DNA of 64,000 nt from the NCBI RefSeq assembly GCF_009914755.1, contig NC_060945.1; one strand, given 5' to 3'. The stretch comes from the human T2T-CHM13v2.0 reference genome, Homo sapiens. A model generated the notes under the pieces. That model was given only the letters and a program-made list of their open reading frames with translations. It made no database searches and was not told the origin of the DNA. Of the stretch, positions 1 to 16,462 are shown one piece after another. Position numbers and translations under genes: made by a program. Within the stretch, counting starts at the first letter, position 1. Every line of letters begins with the position of its first letter.

Positions 1-1962
1 GGCCCCCTACCCCCGAAACTGCCGCCACACCCAATCCCCCCTCTCCCAGATCTGGGAGCTGGGATTCTGCCCTGCTGTCCCCGTCTGGGGCCCCTCTCCT
101 CTGCAGGTGCCTCAGTTGGGAGAAGGAGGGGTGGCTGTGAAGGTGAGGATGAAGGAGATGGCCCAAGAGCACAGCCTGGGGGCAAGTTCCCAGGGAGGCA
201 CTCGCTGGTAAGGGAACAGGGAACACTCGCTGTCACCCACCTTCCTTGTGACAGTGGCGCTGTGGCCCATCCACCATCACCCCAGCGCTTCACCATGAGC
301 AGCTTCACGAATCCATGCCCAGCTCACTGCAGAATCCCCGGGCACCAGCGCTTCGCCAAGAGTGGCCTCCAGACTCCACATTTTAAGAAGGAACTCCCAC
401 CCCATTCAGCTCGCTGCAGAATCCCCAGGGTCCCTGCCAGCCTGGCACCCAGCGTGCCCCTCAGTATTCTGGGGATTAGTGGGGGAGTCCCTCTGCCGGG
501 AAGAGGTCCTGGCTGTGTCCCTGCAGGGCAGTGGCTGAGCCCATGCCTCGACCCCAGGGCCAGTCCCCGCCGGGTGCCATCCTGAGCAGGGCCACAGAAC
601 GGATGTCCCACATGGCCAGGACCCCTGTGGCCACCTGACCCCGGGGGGGCTGTGGCCCTCGGTGAAGCAGGTGACCGGGCGGGCTGTGGGGTTTGTCAGC
701 TCCGCAGCGTCACTGCCGCTCAGCGTATGAGTTTCCACTCCCAGCACTCAATGAACAGCTGAGCAACTGCAGGTGCCTCCGAGTGCTGGGAGAGGGGATG
801 CTCAGCCAGCCAAGGGCCTTTGCCCCAGGGGAGTAAAATCGGGGCATTTCCTGGTGGGTGTCGGCTGGGCTGGAGAAGCTGGGCCTCCGGGCAGGGGCTG
901 GCATACTGTCCAGACACTGCACGGACTGCCAGACACTCCTCACCTGGGCCTCGGGCTTCTCACCTGAACCACAGGGTGGTAACCCCTGCCCCTCAGGTGG
1001 CATTGACGTGACCTGCCTAGTGCACAGTGAGCCTGAGGCAACACGGCCACCACCAGGAGACTCCCTGGGGAAGAGGCCCCCAGACAGCCAGGTGCCCATG
1101 AAGTTCTGCACAGGGGCCGCCGCCGTCCAGGAGATGGGAGGGCCCTGTCTGCACCCTGTCTGGAAGGGGAGTGGGGCGAGCGGGCCACTTGGCCTCCCTG
1201 GTATAGGTAAGGCCAAGGCAGCTAGAACTGGGGACAGAATACCCGCAAAGGGGAGGGGAGCTGCACAGATGAAAGGAAATACACACCAGCGTCCCGTTGG
1301 GGTCTTCGGATGAACACCAACCTACACATTCTGTAAAACCCCAGGACGCCAAAGAGTAGCTTTTGAGGAAAAAACAATCCTCCGGAGGGTAAGACAAACA
1401 ATTCCCGCCTTGCACAGAAATCACCCTCGTCCCTCCAGCCAGTGTGCAGACACTTCTGAATACCCAGGATTCTGCAGGGACAGCAGGAGGGTCACACCTG
1501 GGAAGGACTAAAACATCCAAGGAAAGGCTACTTCAGCCTCACTCTAGTGAGCTTAAAACAAACCTGAAAAAGACCAAATTAATCTACATGGGGCTTAACA
1601 GCCGGCCAGAAAGCGTAATATTCTTTAAAGGAACCTTAACAAAACTTCACACTTAATAATGTAAATCTCACCATGTTCCTAGTCAAAAATTTACTACACA
1701 GACTCAGTAGCGGAAAAACATATCCCATAAGCAGAGGACAAATCACAGATGCTCCTCGACTTACGATGGAGCTACATCCGAACAAGCTCATCGTCGGCCG
1801 ACAGATCGCACGCAAGTGGTCCACGGATCGCACATAAGTGGTCCACAGTCGACAGAAACAGACCTAGATATGACAGTAATAATGAATTAGCAGAAAAGGA
1901 ACAATTATCTTAAATTTGCTCCATATGCTCGAGGGTATTTTTTAAAGCATGATTATGATTAA

Positions 1963-3920
<1,958 letters not shown>

Positions 3921-4324
3921 TATCACGGTACAGGAAGAAACACAGAAAGCTCTCCTTCCCGGAGGGGCCCTCGCGGCTGGTCAGCTGCTGCTGGCTGCTG
4001 GCAGGAGGCCTCAGTTCTCTGCCATGGTAACCTTTGTAGGCTGGCTGAGTGCCCTTGTGAGCTTGCGGCACATTTCCCCCAGGGTAAGTGATCTAAGACG
4101 GGTAAGTCAAGGTTTTGGTAAGGTGGCCTCAGAGAACAGGATCAAGGTTAGGTCTGGATCGAAGGTGGGCAGTGTCACTGGCTCCCTGCAAAACTCCACA
4201 CCACACACTGTGGGCCTTCCAAGTCGATCATGAGCCGCCACAGCCGCAAACACTAGGCGTTGAGGATGCACTGCGTTTTCCACGCTGGGGTCGGGGTCTG
4301 GGATGAAGGACTGGCAGGATCTTC

Positions 4325-4900
4325 TAAGAAATGTGCATAACTGAGAGCCAGCAATTCCACGCGCAAGTACACACCCAACAGAAATGCTTACAAATGTTCC
4401 AGAAGACGGGTGCTGGCCGGGGGCAGTGGCTCACACCTGTAATCCCAGTGCTTTGGGAAACTAAGGCAGGAGGACTGCTTGAGGCCAGAAGTTCGAGACC
4501 AGCCTGGGCAGCAGAGCAAGACACCATCTCTACAAAAACTACAAAAATTAGCCAGCACGCAGGCACACACCTGCAGTCCCAGCTACTCAGGAGACTGAGG
4601 TGGGAGGATCGCTTGAGCCCAGGAGGCCCAGCGAGCCAAGGTCACACCACTGCACTCCAGCCTGGGTAACAGAGCAAGACCCTGTCTCTAAAAATAAAAA
4701 AAAAACAGAAGACAGGTGCCAGCATGTTCATCACTGCACTATTCCTAACAGCCAAACTGTGGAAACTACCCAAATGCCCATTGATAATAGAATGAACGTG
4801 CTGTGGGATTTTCACACAATGGAGTACTTGGCATACAGAGCACTGAGAATGAACAATCCACAACCACAGGCAACAAGGTGGATGAGCCTCACAGAGAGTG
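4325..4900 (+). mobile_element. L1ME-like 3' fragment interrupted by an Alu (about 4414-4705)
   Basis: agccaaactgtggaaactacccaaatgcccatt ... cacaatggagtac motif. Confidence 0.55.
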
Positions 4901-5032
4901 GAGCAGAAGCGGCCACAGCAAGAGGGAAACTGAGGTCAGGCCGGCCAGCATGCATGTGCAGTGCCTAGAAGGGAACATGGGCGTGGGGGCTTCTCAGCAG
5001 GTGCTAAGTGTCCTGCTTCTCGTGGGAAGTCA

Positions 5033-5938
<906 letters not shown>

Positions 5939-6129
5939 TCAAGGTACCAGCAAGAAGGCAGCTGCGCCATCCACTGAGACACAGAAACGGCTCTTGGCAG
6001 AGGGACCAACTCAGGACCAAGGCAGGATGCTGAGGAATAGCAGGAAGCCAACCCCGCTGGGGAAGAAGCAGAGCCTCAGAGTAGCCCCGCGGTCCTGGTG
6101 GAGAGACGCGGCCCCGTGAGGAGGGCGTT

Positions 6130-6385
6130 CCGTCTCAGTCCCAGCCACTCCACTCTGCAGCCGTAGCACAAAGCAGACACAGATAAGACATGGACAGACA
6201 GGCATGGCTGCATCCATAAAAGTTTATTCTCAGATAATGAAATGTGAATTTCATGATTTTCATGTCATGAAATATATTTTTAATTTGTTTTCAACCACTT
6301 TTAAAATGTAAAAAAGCCATTCACAGGCCATCTATCAGGCCGTGGGCAGGATGCAGCGCATGGGCCTGTCTGCCAGACCCTATTT
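6130..6385 (+). mobile_element. MER58-like hAT-Charlie DNA transposon relic
   Basis: ggcatggctg..ataaaagtttatt ... tgaatttcat ... ttttcaacca..taaaatgtaaaa motifs. Confidence 0.6.
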
Positions 6386-6834
6386 TAGGTGAAGATGCCA
6401 GCAAGACCAACCTGAACCTCTCCTAAAACCAAGACTTTCAAAGCAGACTATGAATGAGAAAGCATGCCCTGCGCCAGATGCCCTGGCAGCGTGAAGGAGG
6501 CCAGGCTGCTTGTACAGGACAGTGGCCCAGCATGGCCCCTGCCTTCTGAAACCCCTGATCCCCAGCAGAGAGGAGTGGGCCTCAGCTTTGCAGACAGCAC
6601 TGTTTCCAGATCAATGTTAAAAGGAAAACAAGGCACTTATGAAAAATTTGAAGCATTCCAGCTTTTGATACACAAAAGGATTCTGAGTACCCAGCGATAC
6701 CCCACATCATAGTCATCGCCAGCATGAACCTGTTCCTGTGTGGAGACTTCATCACTGGACAGCAGGTAGGAGCCGGCCTGAACGAATTAAGTGATGTACC
6801 CAGAAGCCTGCCCATTGCAGAAGCCTCTTCCCAA

Positions 6835-7577
6835 ATCACGCGGCGCACACCTCACTCACATGCAGCGCACGGTCACGCAGTGCGCACCTCACACACACAC
6901 AGCGCACGATCACGTGGCCTGCACCTCACTCACACAGCGCACGATCACGCGGCGCGCACCTCACTCACACAGCGCACAATCACGCGGCGCGCACCTCACA
7001 CAGCGCACGATCACGCGGCGCGCACCTCACACAGCACACGATCACGCGGCGCGCACCTCACACAGCACACGATCACGCGGCGCGCACCTCACTCACAGCA
7101 CACGATCACGCAGCGTGCACCTCACACACAGCGCACGATCACACCGCGCACCTCACACACACAGCGCACGATCACGCGGCGCGCACCTCACTCACACAGC
7201 GCACGATCACGCGGCGCGCACCTCACTCACACAGCGCATGATCACAAGGCGCGCACCTCACACAGCACACGATCACGCGGCGCGCACCTCACACAGCACA
7301 CGATCACGCGGCGCGCACCTCACTCACAGCACACGATCACGCAGCGTGCACCTCACACACAGCGCACGATCACACCGCGCACCTCACACACACAGCGCAC
7401 GATCACGCGGCGTGCACCACACACATAGCGCACGATCACACCACGCACCTCACACACACACACACAGCGCACGATCACGCGGCGCGCACCTCACTCACAC
7501 AGCACACGATCACGCAGCGTGCACCTCACACACACACAGCGCACGATCACACCGCGCACCTCACACACACACAGCGC
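6835..7577. repeat. CpG-rich VNTR/minisatellite, about 22 units of about 31-37 bp (cgcacctc[ac]nagcRcacgatcacgcggcg)
   Basis: Tandem units directly visible, with a variable-length CA run per unit. Confidence 0.95.
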
Positions 7578-7579
7578 AG

Positions 7580-8410
7580 GCACCAAGGAGTTTTGCCTGG
7601 TATATTAGGTTGCTGCTAAACATTCCTAGGAAGTTGAGAAGGTTCATCCTTGCTGATCGGTGATTGAAATTCAGCAACATCCCTGTGGCTCTGCAGTGTG
7701 TGCCAAGGTCAAATCAAATCATAACGACGTCCTCAATCACCTCCCTGTAAACCGGGTGCCAGCCAGGCCCGTGCTCACACTTCCTGAAACAAGTTCACCA
7801 TCTGTGCCACCGATGCCAGACAGAGCTCCCTGCGACTCCAAAACGTGTTTCTCACTTCCCACAAGGGAGCCACTCTCCAGGAGCAGCTCCTGAGCACAAG
7901 GGCTACGGCTGGGGCTGGGGCAGGCTCAAGCACTCGTGCTGAGTTTCAACAGCCTGTGTGGCGAGCAGCTACTGCGGGACAGCACGTCACCTGGGTGCTG
8001 AGACGGCGGAACAACATGAAAACATCCACCATGCCAGAAACGTCAGCCCACAGATGCTCCTAGAGGAAGATGCAGCGGACACGAAGGGCGGTATGAGAAC
8101 AGGAGAAACACAGACAGCTGCCGCCACCACCGGCTCACACGCAGCCTCCGACATGAAAAGAAAGTGCTTCAAGAGCTTCCACTCCACTGGTCTGGCTTCC
8201 CTTCAACCAGAAAGGGGGCACAGGCACCCAGCAAGAGCCTGTGCTGGTGACACAGAATGTTCTTTCTAGAGCCCAGGGGACAGCCCCATCCTCTGAGCTG
8301 GTCACAACTGATGTCACCTTTTCCTTCTTGAAGGGACATGCCAGGATGCAGGGGAACAAGTTAAAAAGCTTTTCCTAATTTGAGGTGAGAGACACCACTG
8401 ACCGCCACGA
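7580..8410 (-). other. WDR4: Probable WDR4 3' UTR; candidate variant poly(A) signal AATATA at 7601-7606
   Basis: Unique sequence after the stop. No canonical AATAAA/ATTAAA was seen on the minus strand before the VNTR. AATATA is followed by GU-rich sequence. The end position is inferred. Confidence 0.45.
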
Positions 8411-9130
<720 letters not shown>

Positions 9131-10512
9131 TTAAGGCATCGAGTGTGGGATAGCATGTTCTGCCGCCACAGGGAATGGACACGGATTTCATCTACTTTAT
9201 CTAAGTGCCAAGGATTGGGGGCAATGACTGACCACAGGCACACGGAGACAGCCTCAGCCTGGCCAGGAAACCACAGGCCCAGCCGGTAACCCGCGCACCA
9301 GCGACTGCCTGAAGCCTGCCCATCCAGCAGGTGGCGCAGCCTCCCCGCCCCTCCAGCGACTCTGCTGCTTGTGGGACACTCTAGCAGCAGCCCTCCCCGG
9401 TCCCTCTCCCAACGCAGGCCCCCAAGTCTGCGCCGGGAACAGGCTGCTCTATCTATGGAACATCTCAGGAGAGCGAGCCCAGGCTTTGGCCTGAGACTGT
9501 TGTGCAAGGTGACACTCAACAGGTCTATGCTGTCCGTGGCCTAGAGCACGGGGGCCATGAGCACTGCAGATGCCCGGCCATGAGCACTGCCGCCTGCAGT
9601 CCCTGACACAGCCAGTTACAGGCCCACTCTGAAGTGTTCCTAAAGCAGATCCCAACCACGCTGGGGGGCCCAACCCTGCCCGTCTCAACCCTCAACATCC
9701 TAAGCAAAGCAGGAGGGAGAGAAGCCTCAGAGGCAGAGCCAGCGTGCCGCCACTCGGGGAGCCTGGCAGAAGGCGGCTGGGCCCCAATCAGCGGAAACTC
9801 CTCCGACCTCAGTGTGAATCCCTCCAGAGCTCCAAGGAACCTCAGTGCTCACTGCAGTGGGGTTTAGCTTTGCAAGACTTCAGAGCAGCAACTTCTTGTC
9901 GTGAATGAGGCACCTGGATTCCATGCTGGGCTAATCCATCCTGCAGACACCATCGCCTCCAAGACTGCAAGGTGCTGGCACAACGACGCACCCAGAACTA
10001 CAGTGTGTCGTGTCCCCAGAAGGCAGGGTAGAAAATGTTCGTCCAGCTCCTCCCTCAGCCTGGCTGCTCTCCTTCCTGCAGCCGCAGCCACGGGAGTTGC
10101 TGGCTAGATTCCCTCCCCTCAGCTGAGTGTTCCTGTCAGGACAGTGACCATCCTGCCCCTGCTCAGCCTCCTGAAGACCCCCGGGGCCTCTGGCTAGACC
10201 CCCACTAAACCTCCCAGTGAGGCCCTGCACTTACTGACGCACACTGCAGTGGGATCAATTCCCTCAACACCATGGACCAGGCATGAGGCAGCACAGCACC
10301 AGCTCCCTCTGGGAGCCACCAGCTGCCAGCCCTGCCCTGGGGACCTTCAACGCCCAACTCTGAAGGCAGGTGCTCAGACCCTGAGCCCCCGGTTCCTAAG
10401 TGGCTCTCGTTAGCCTGACTCCCATGGGGGGCTCCTTCTTCTGCTGTGCGTCACCCACCTCCTGCCCTGCCCCGCCTTCTGGATGGGGACACACGCTTAC
10501 TCTCCCTCTTTA

Positions 10513-10710
<198 letters not shown>

Positions 10711-10995
10711 TCATCAGAAAGAGGCAGGCCTGGAAACCCAGCACCAGGACGCAACACATGCTGGCCAGAGAGGCTTGCAGGGGAGGTCCCCTCCTGGTGC
10801 CTGGGGACCCCCATTCACCTTCTGTGGAGACCTGGGGAGGCAGCCCCCGCAGCTGGCCCATGATGCCAGGGCAAGCTCTTCACATGCAGTTCATCAACCT
10901 CAGGGGCCAGCAGGTGCGACAGGCACCCACTGGGGACATCATGTGGCCTGCCACTTCTCAGGTAAAAAGAACTGGATGGCTTAAAAGTGCTTCCA

Positions 10996-11334
<339 letters not shown>

Positions 11335-11793
11335 CTACTCCACTCAACTCCACAGCAACCCTGTGAGACGCAGGGCGGGCAGGGGCATTGCTCCGTTACC
11401 AGGAGCGATGCAGACAAGGTACAGGGTTCGCCCCGTCCCCCAGCAAGGAAGCAGCTCGGCCCGCCGCCCTCGCCCAGAGACCCCACTGTCTCCCCAGAGG
11501 AAAGCAGCTCAGCCTGCCGCCCTTGCCCCCTCCTCTACCCGGGGCTCCACATGCTCCTGAGGACTCAGCCAGTGCCCCAGGCCCGAGGCTGTGCTAATCC
11601 AGCCTCCAAGTGTTAGTCCCACACACCCTTGCCACACTGAGTGCCAACTTCATCGCTAAGTGTGGTGTGGGGGGCCACACACTCCCCCAAAAAAAGAACT
11701 GTTGCAGACATCACCACATGGGACAAGCCAGCCACGCCGGCCTGGCACCCGGCTCCCTTCACCCACGGTGGAAGCCCCAGCCACTGCCATTCA

Positions 11794-12225
<432 letters not shown>

Positions 12226-12924
12226 CTACGCTGAAAGCCCCAGCTGCGCCACTCCCAAATGCCGGCGCCGGGGAAACCATGGGGTGACGTACACTTTTTT
12301 AAGTCCTAAGCTCTGGAGTGGCTCGTGGTGCAGCAATAGCTAACCAGCACGGTACAGGCAGGCAGGGCAGGAGGACGCAGGCCCTGGGCTCAGGCGCAGC
12401 TCTCCTCTCACACCTGCGTACTTCCAGAACGAGCTAAGAGACCTCCCCAGGCTGTCATAAGGACAAGATGAAAAGTGCCAAAAGCACCAAATAGAATACC
12501 TTTCCTGACACACACAAGTCACTCGGGAAGAAGCAGCAGAACTGCACTCCACCCCTAAACCCACCTTGTCAGCACCGCCAACCCCAGGGGGTTCCCATCC
12601 GACCAGCCCCGAGCCGGGAGTGAGGTGATGCCACCACGACTGGCCCAGGGGAAAGTCTGTCATCTCAGAAGGCCAGGCAGAGGCTGCTGGTGCTCTTTAC
12701 GCCAGGGGAGTTCAACGTCAGGTTGAAGAGCGCTGGCTGAGAGGAGCCCTCACCCTCATGCAGCAGCAGTCATCAAAAGTGACATTCTCAGAGGGAGGTG
12801 CTAGACCAATACCACCACCGTTCAGGACCTCTTCATTGAGGACGTGGGCCAGTGGCCAACCCGCTAACTCTTCCCCCTGCAGGTCTGCAGAACCGGAGGC
12901 CATAGAGGTGCCGCCGCAGCTTAC

Positions 12925-12989
12925 CCGTCGCACAGGAGCGCCACGCAGTTCTCCTGGCACCAGAATGCAATCCTGGACGCGGCAAACTT
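12925..12989 (-). CDS. WDR4: WDR4 coding exon 8 (KFAASRIAFWCQENCVALLCDG), 65 nt
   Basis: Acceptor ccttttag|AAG, donor GG|GTAAGC. Frame continuous with exons 7 and 9. Confidence 0.94.
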
Positions 12990-14043
12990 CTAAAAGGAGA
13001 AGAAGCCCATTAACTTCACGCCACCTGCAGGGGCCCGACGCCGGGCGCTCTGATCCAACAAGAGCAAGACCGAAGGACGCTCACGCCCCCACATATCGAG
13101 GAAGAGGAAACAGCACTGGAACATTCTGGAATCAGTGGGGAAAGGAGGGTAGCTGATTCCCTGTTTCCCAAGCAGATGACAAAAGCCCCCCAGTGGTTCT
13201 GGCACTCCCTGCAGGGCCTGCGACAGCCTCCAAAGCCAACAAGATAGGTCAGACAGTGAGGAGAAGAGGGAGCGGAGGACACAGGGGAAAGGAAGAGATG
13301 AGAGCTACACATACAACTGCCCTGTGAGCTCCCACAGTTCCTGGCAGAGAAAATATTAAAAATGAAGAAGAGGCCGGGCACAGTGGCTCACGCCTTTAAT
13401 CCCAGCTACTCAGGAGCCTGAGGCGGAGGTTGCTGTGAGTCGAGATAGCACCACTGCACTCCAGCCTGGGCAAGAGTGGGACTCCATCTCAAAAAAAAAA
13501 AAAAATTTTTTTTAAATGAAGGAAACTTCCAGGAACCTGAGTCCACGTGAAGCATGAAGGAAAAGGCCTGGTCCTCTCTTACACAGCTGCCTGGCAGGGG
13601 GCAGAGGCCACACCACACAGTTCTCTAGGAAATGGAACAGACCGTTTGGCGGGAAACTTTGCCAAGGCCTGGGCTTTCAGGGTGTCATGAGATTGCTCCA
13701 AGCTGGCCAGAGAATGCTGGAGTGGGCCTGGCCCCACCCCTGCCCCACCTGGCTGGCAGACCCACAAAGGTGCATGCTCAAGCACCTCCATTCCTTCCAC
13801 TTCAGAGCAGGATTAGAGGCCTTCCTGTACATTAACTGTTTGCATGCAACAGGGAGACAAATTATTTCCCACTGACATGACGAGCCACCTTCAGAATTTG
13901 AAATACGAGATTTCCCTCACACAGGAGGAAGTCTGGCATTGAGAGCAAACGTTTCCAACGGCGAAGTGACTTTTCCACTCAAGTCAGGCGACTGCCGGTG
14001 TCTACAAGCACTCAGTCGCCCAGGAGTGAACAGAAGCAGCTAC

Positions 14044-14142
14044 CTGGGGGGCCTGGGGGTCCACCAGCTCCTGCAGACTGGCCAGGTGACAGCAGTGCAG
14101 CTGGCGGCCGCTCCTGTACTCCCAGAGCCTCAGGGTGCCGTC
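14044..14142 (-). CDS. WDR4: WDR4 coding exon 7 ([33 protein letters not shown]), 99 nt
   Basis: Within ORF 14002..14259. WD40 DGTLRLW motif. Acceptor tgcag, donor CAG|GTAGCT. Confidence 0.96.
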
Positions 14143-14774
14143 CTGCACAAACCAAACACACAGGTTAGCACATGGTTGTGGGGCTTCCGTCAGGTAGGGT
14201 GACAGAGAGGACAGCTGCGTGTGGTCGGGGCTCCACTCCGTGACAGCCATGCCACCCACCCTCAGGAATTAAAGGCTCTCTGCTCTGACTGTGTAAATCG
14301 CTCATGCAAATCATCAAGGACAACGGTGGGGAACGGAAGGTGACCGATTCCCTGTTTCTCGAGTGCCAATATGCCCAGGCAGATGACAAAGCCAATGAGG
14401 CAGATCCTAGCAAAATAAGCCAAGGCCGCTAGATGGCCAGGTTGTCATCCGCCAGGAGGCCAGACCACATCTGCTGTGCCCGGGCCAGGCATAGACACGG
14501 GCATGCACACAGGTCTGCGCAGACACTTCAGCAATCATGCATTCCCACGGGGAGACACGTGTGGGCTCATGAGCTCGTGGCCACTGCTCCACTTCACTAA
14601 GAATGACAGGAAGGACATGGCCATCAGCAACCGTCCCATGACAACTGGTACAACCCTTCAGGAAGCCGACACAGGAACCAAGAGGCTCCACGCTCTAAAA
14701 CCATCATCAATGGAAAAAAGCGTTTCTCTTTTTTTTCTTGGTTTTATCTGTTGTTATTTTTTTGTTGTTTAATT

Positions 14775-14930
14775 GAAATGGGGTCTATTCCACACTGCCC
14801 ACTGCACTGCAGTGGCTATTCACAGGCTTGCTCCTGGCTCACTGCAGCCTCTGACTCCCAGGCCCAGGCAATCCTCCCGCCTCAGCCTCCGAGTAGCTGG
14901 GACTACAGGCATGAGCCACCATACCTGGCT
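14775..14930 (-). mobile_element. FAM (fossil Alu monomer)
   Basis: Monomeric Alu retaining the 7SL-like gcagtggctattcacagg segment. Confidence 0.65.
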
Positions 14931-16177
14931 TAAAAAAAATTCATTACAGCACTAATTCAGTGGAGAGAAATAAATCAATACTCATTAAATCTAATGAGAG
15001 AGTGTCTGTGCACTATTTGTAAGTATTTTTAAATGACTAAATGAAAAAGATGAAAAGTAAATACCCCAAACAGCTAACAGTAGATGCATATCCTCTGGGT
15101 GCCGAGGTAAGAGTGGATGTATGAATGCACACACACACGCATGCACATACACACGCACACACACACACCTTTCTACAAATGTGGCAGATAAACATGGAGA
15201 CCAACACACACATCTACAGGCATTTCACTCACCCCCAAACCTCTCTACGAAGACAAGAAAAAGATGTTTAATAACCATGAACCCACTAAGACAAAGACAA
15301 CAGGCAAGAAGAGAAGGCAGCCGCGGAGAGACAGCAAGGAAACCTGGGGGCTGGAGGCCAGGGAACAAATGCACCAGCCACAGAGAAGCCCGAGAGGTGC
15401 CAGGACCTGCCAAAGACCAAACCGGGCCAGGCAGCCTGAAGACCAAGGTGGTGAGGGGAGCTGTCAAATGTCTTTACAAAGAGAAACGGGACCTCCCTGA
15501 TGCATCCTCAGCCCCAAACTCCAGGCCAGCAGAAGGCTCTGGGGAAATGGAGCCGAGGGGCCCCTGTCTCGGGGATGCCAAATACTCACTGAGAAGAGAG
15601 TCACCTAGCCCCTTCGCACTCACCTCCCAGAGCCCCGGGGGACAGACCTGGGCAAGAGTGAAGGCCGGGACACTGACCACCCAGAAGAGACCGACTGACC
15701 CACACGTTCTACGGAGTCCACAGGCAAGGGGCTGCTGCCCACAGACACCTGCTCTGAAGCCCCTCGGGCCCCACCCTGGGTGCACACACCCAGCCTCTGA
15801 GGCCGGCTGGTGCTGACTCCCATCACACACAGGCAGATGGCATCGCCAGACATCCGAGGAAAACCTCCAATGAGAAAGGCAGACAACACACTCCAGAGAA
15901 GGCAATCAAACACAAGGCCAGGAAGAAATTGAAGAAAGAAAAGTCCACGCTCATCTCAGTGAGATAAGAGACACGTGCACTATCCGAGAATGGGTGGCTG
16001 CAAAAAAGAACGTGCCGAGGGCAAGAAAGAACTAAAGATTCAAAATAATCCTAATAAAACTCAAGTCTCCACAGAAGGCTGGAAAGTAAAGTTGAGGCAA
16101 TCTCCCAAGAAGTAAGACTATTCCTAAAGGAGTAGAAATACGAGATTGAACAGGAAAGAAAAAAACCAGAGAATTAT

Positions 16178-16462
16178 GGCCCAGCATGGTGGCTCTCGCC
16201 TATAATCCCAGTGGGCGGAAGTGGGTGGATCGCTTGAGGTCAAAAGTTTGAGACCAGCCTGGCCAAGCTGGCAAAACCCCATCACTACAAAAGTATAAAA
16301 AATTAGCGGGGCATGGTGGTGTGTGCCTGTAATCCTAGCTACTCGGGAGGCCTGAAGTGGGAGGATTGCTTGAGCCCGGGAGGCAGAGGCTGCAGTGAAC
16401 CGAGATCACGCCACTGCACTCCAGACTGGGAGACAGAGCAAGACTCTGTCTCAAAAAAAATA
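16178..16462 (+). mobile_element. Alu element
   Basis: Alu dimer consensus. Confidence 0.88.

Noticed and set aside
262-1520. Overlapping 100-170 aa ORFs in the GC-rich start of the window, and a 24-bp direct repeat at about 320/407
   Set aside because: No recognisable domain or splice-consistent structure; expected in GC-rich non-coding DNA.
6724-7663. Long ORFs (234 and 290 aa) and CRISPR-like periodicity in the repeat array
   Set aside because: The ORFs are open only because the unit lacks stops. The 'spacers' are just variable CA runs, not unique sequences, and the context is human with no cas genes.
8395-8410. Possible donor (GCG|GTCAGT) just after the WDR4 stop leading to a distal 3' UTR exon
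   Set aside because: Plausible, but no partner acceptor or exon could be placed from sequence alone; needs transcript data.
15121-15816. 231-aa plus-strand ORF in WDR4 intron 6
   Set aside because: Starts in a CA microsatellite, has low-complexity composition and no recognisable homology.
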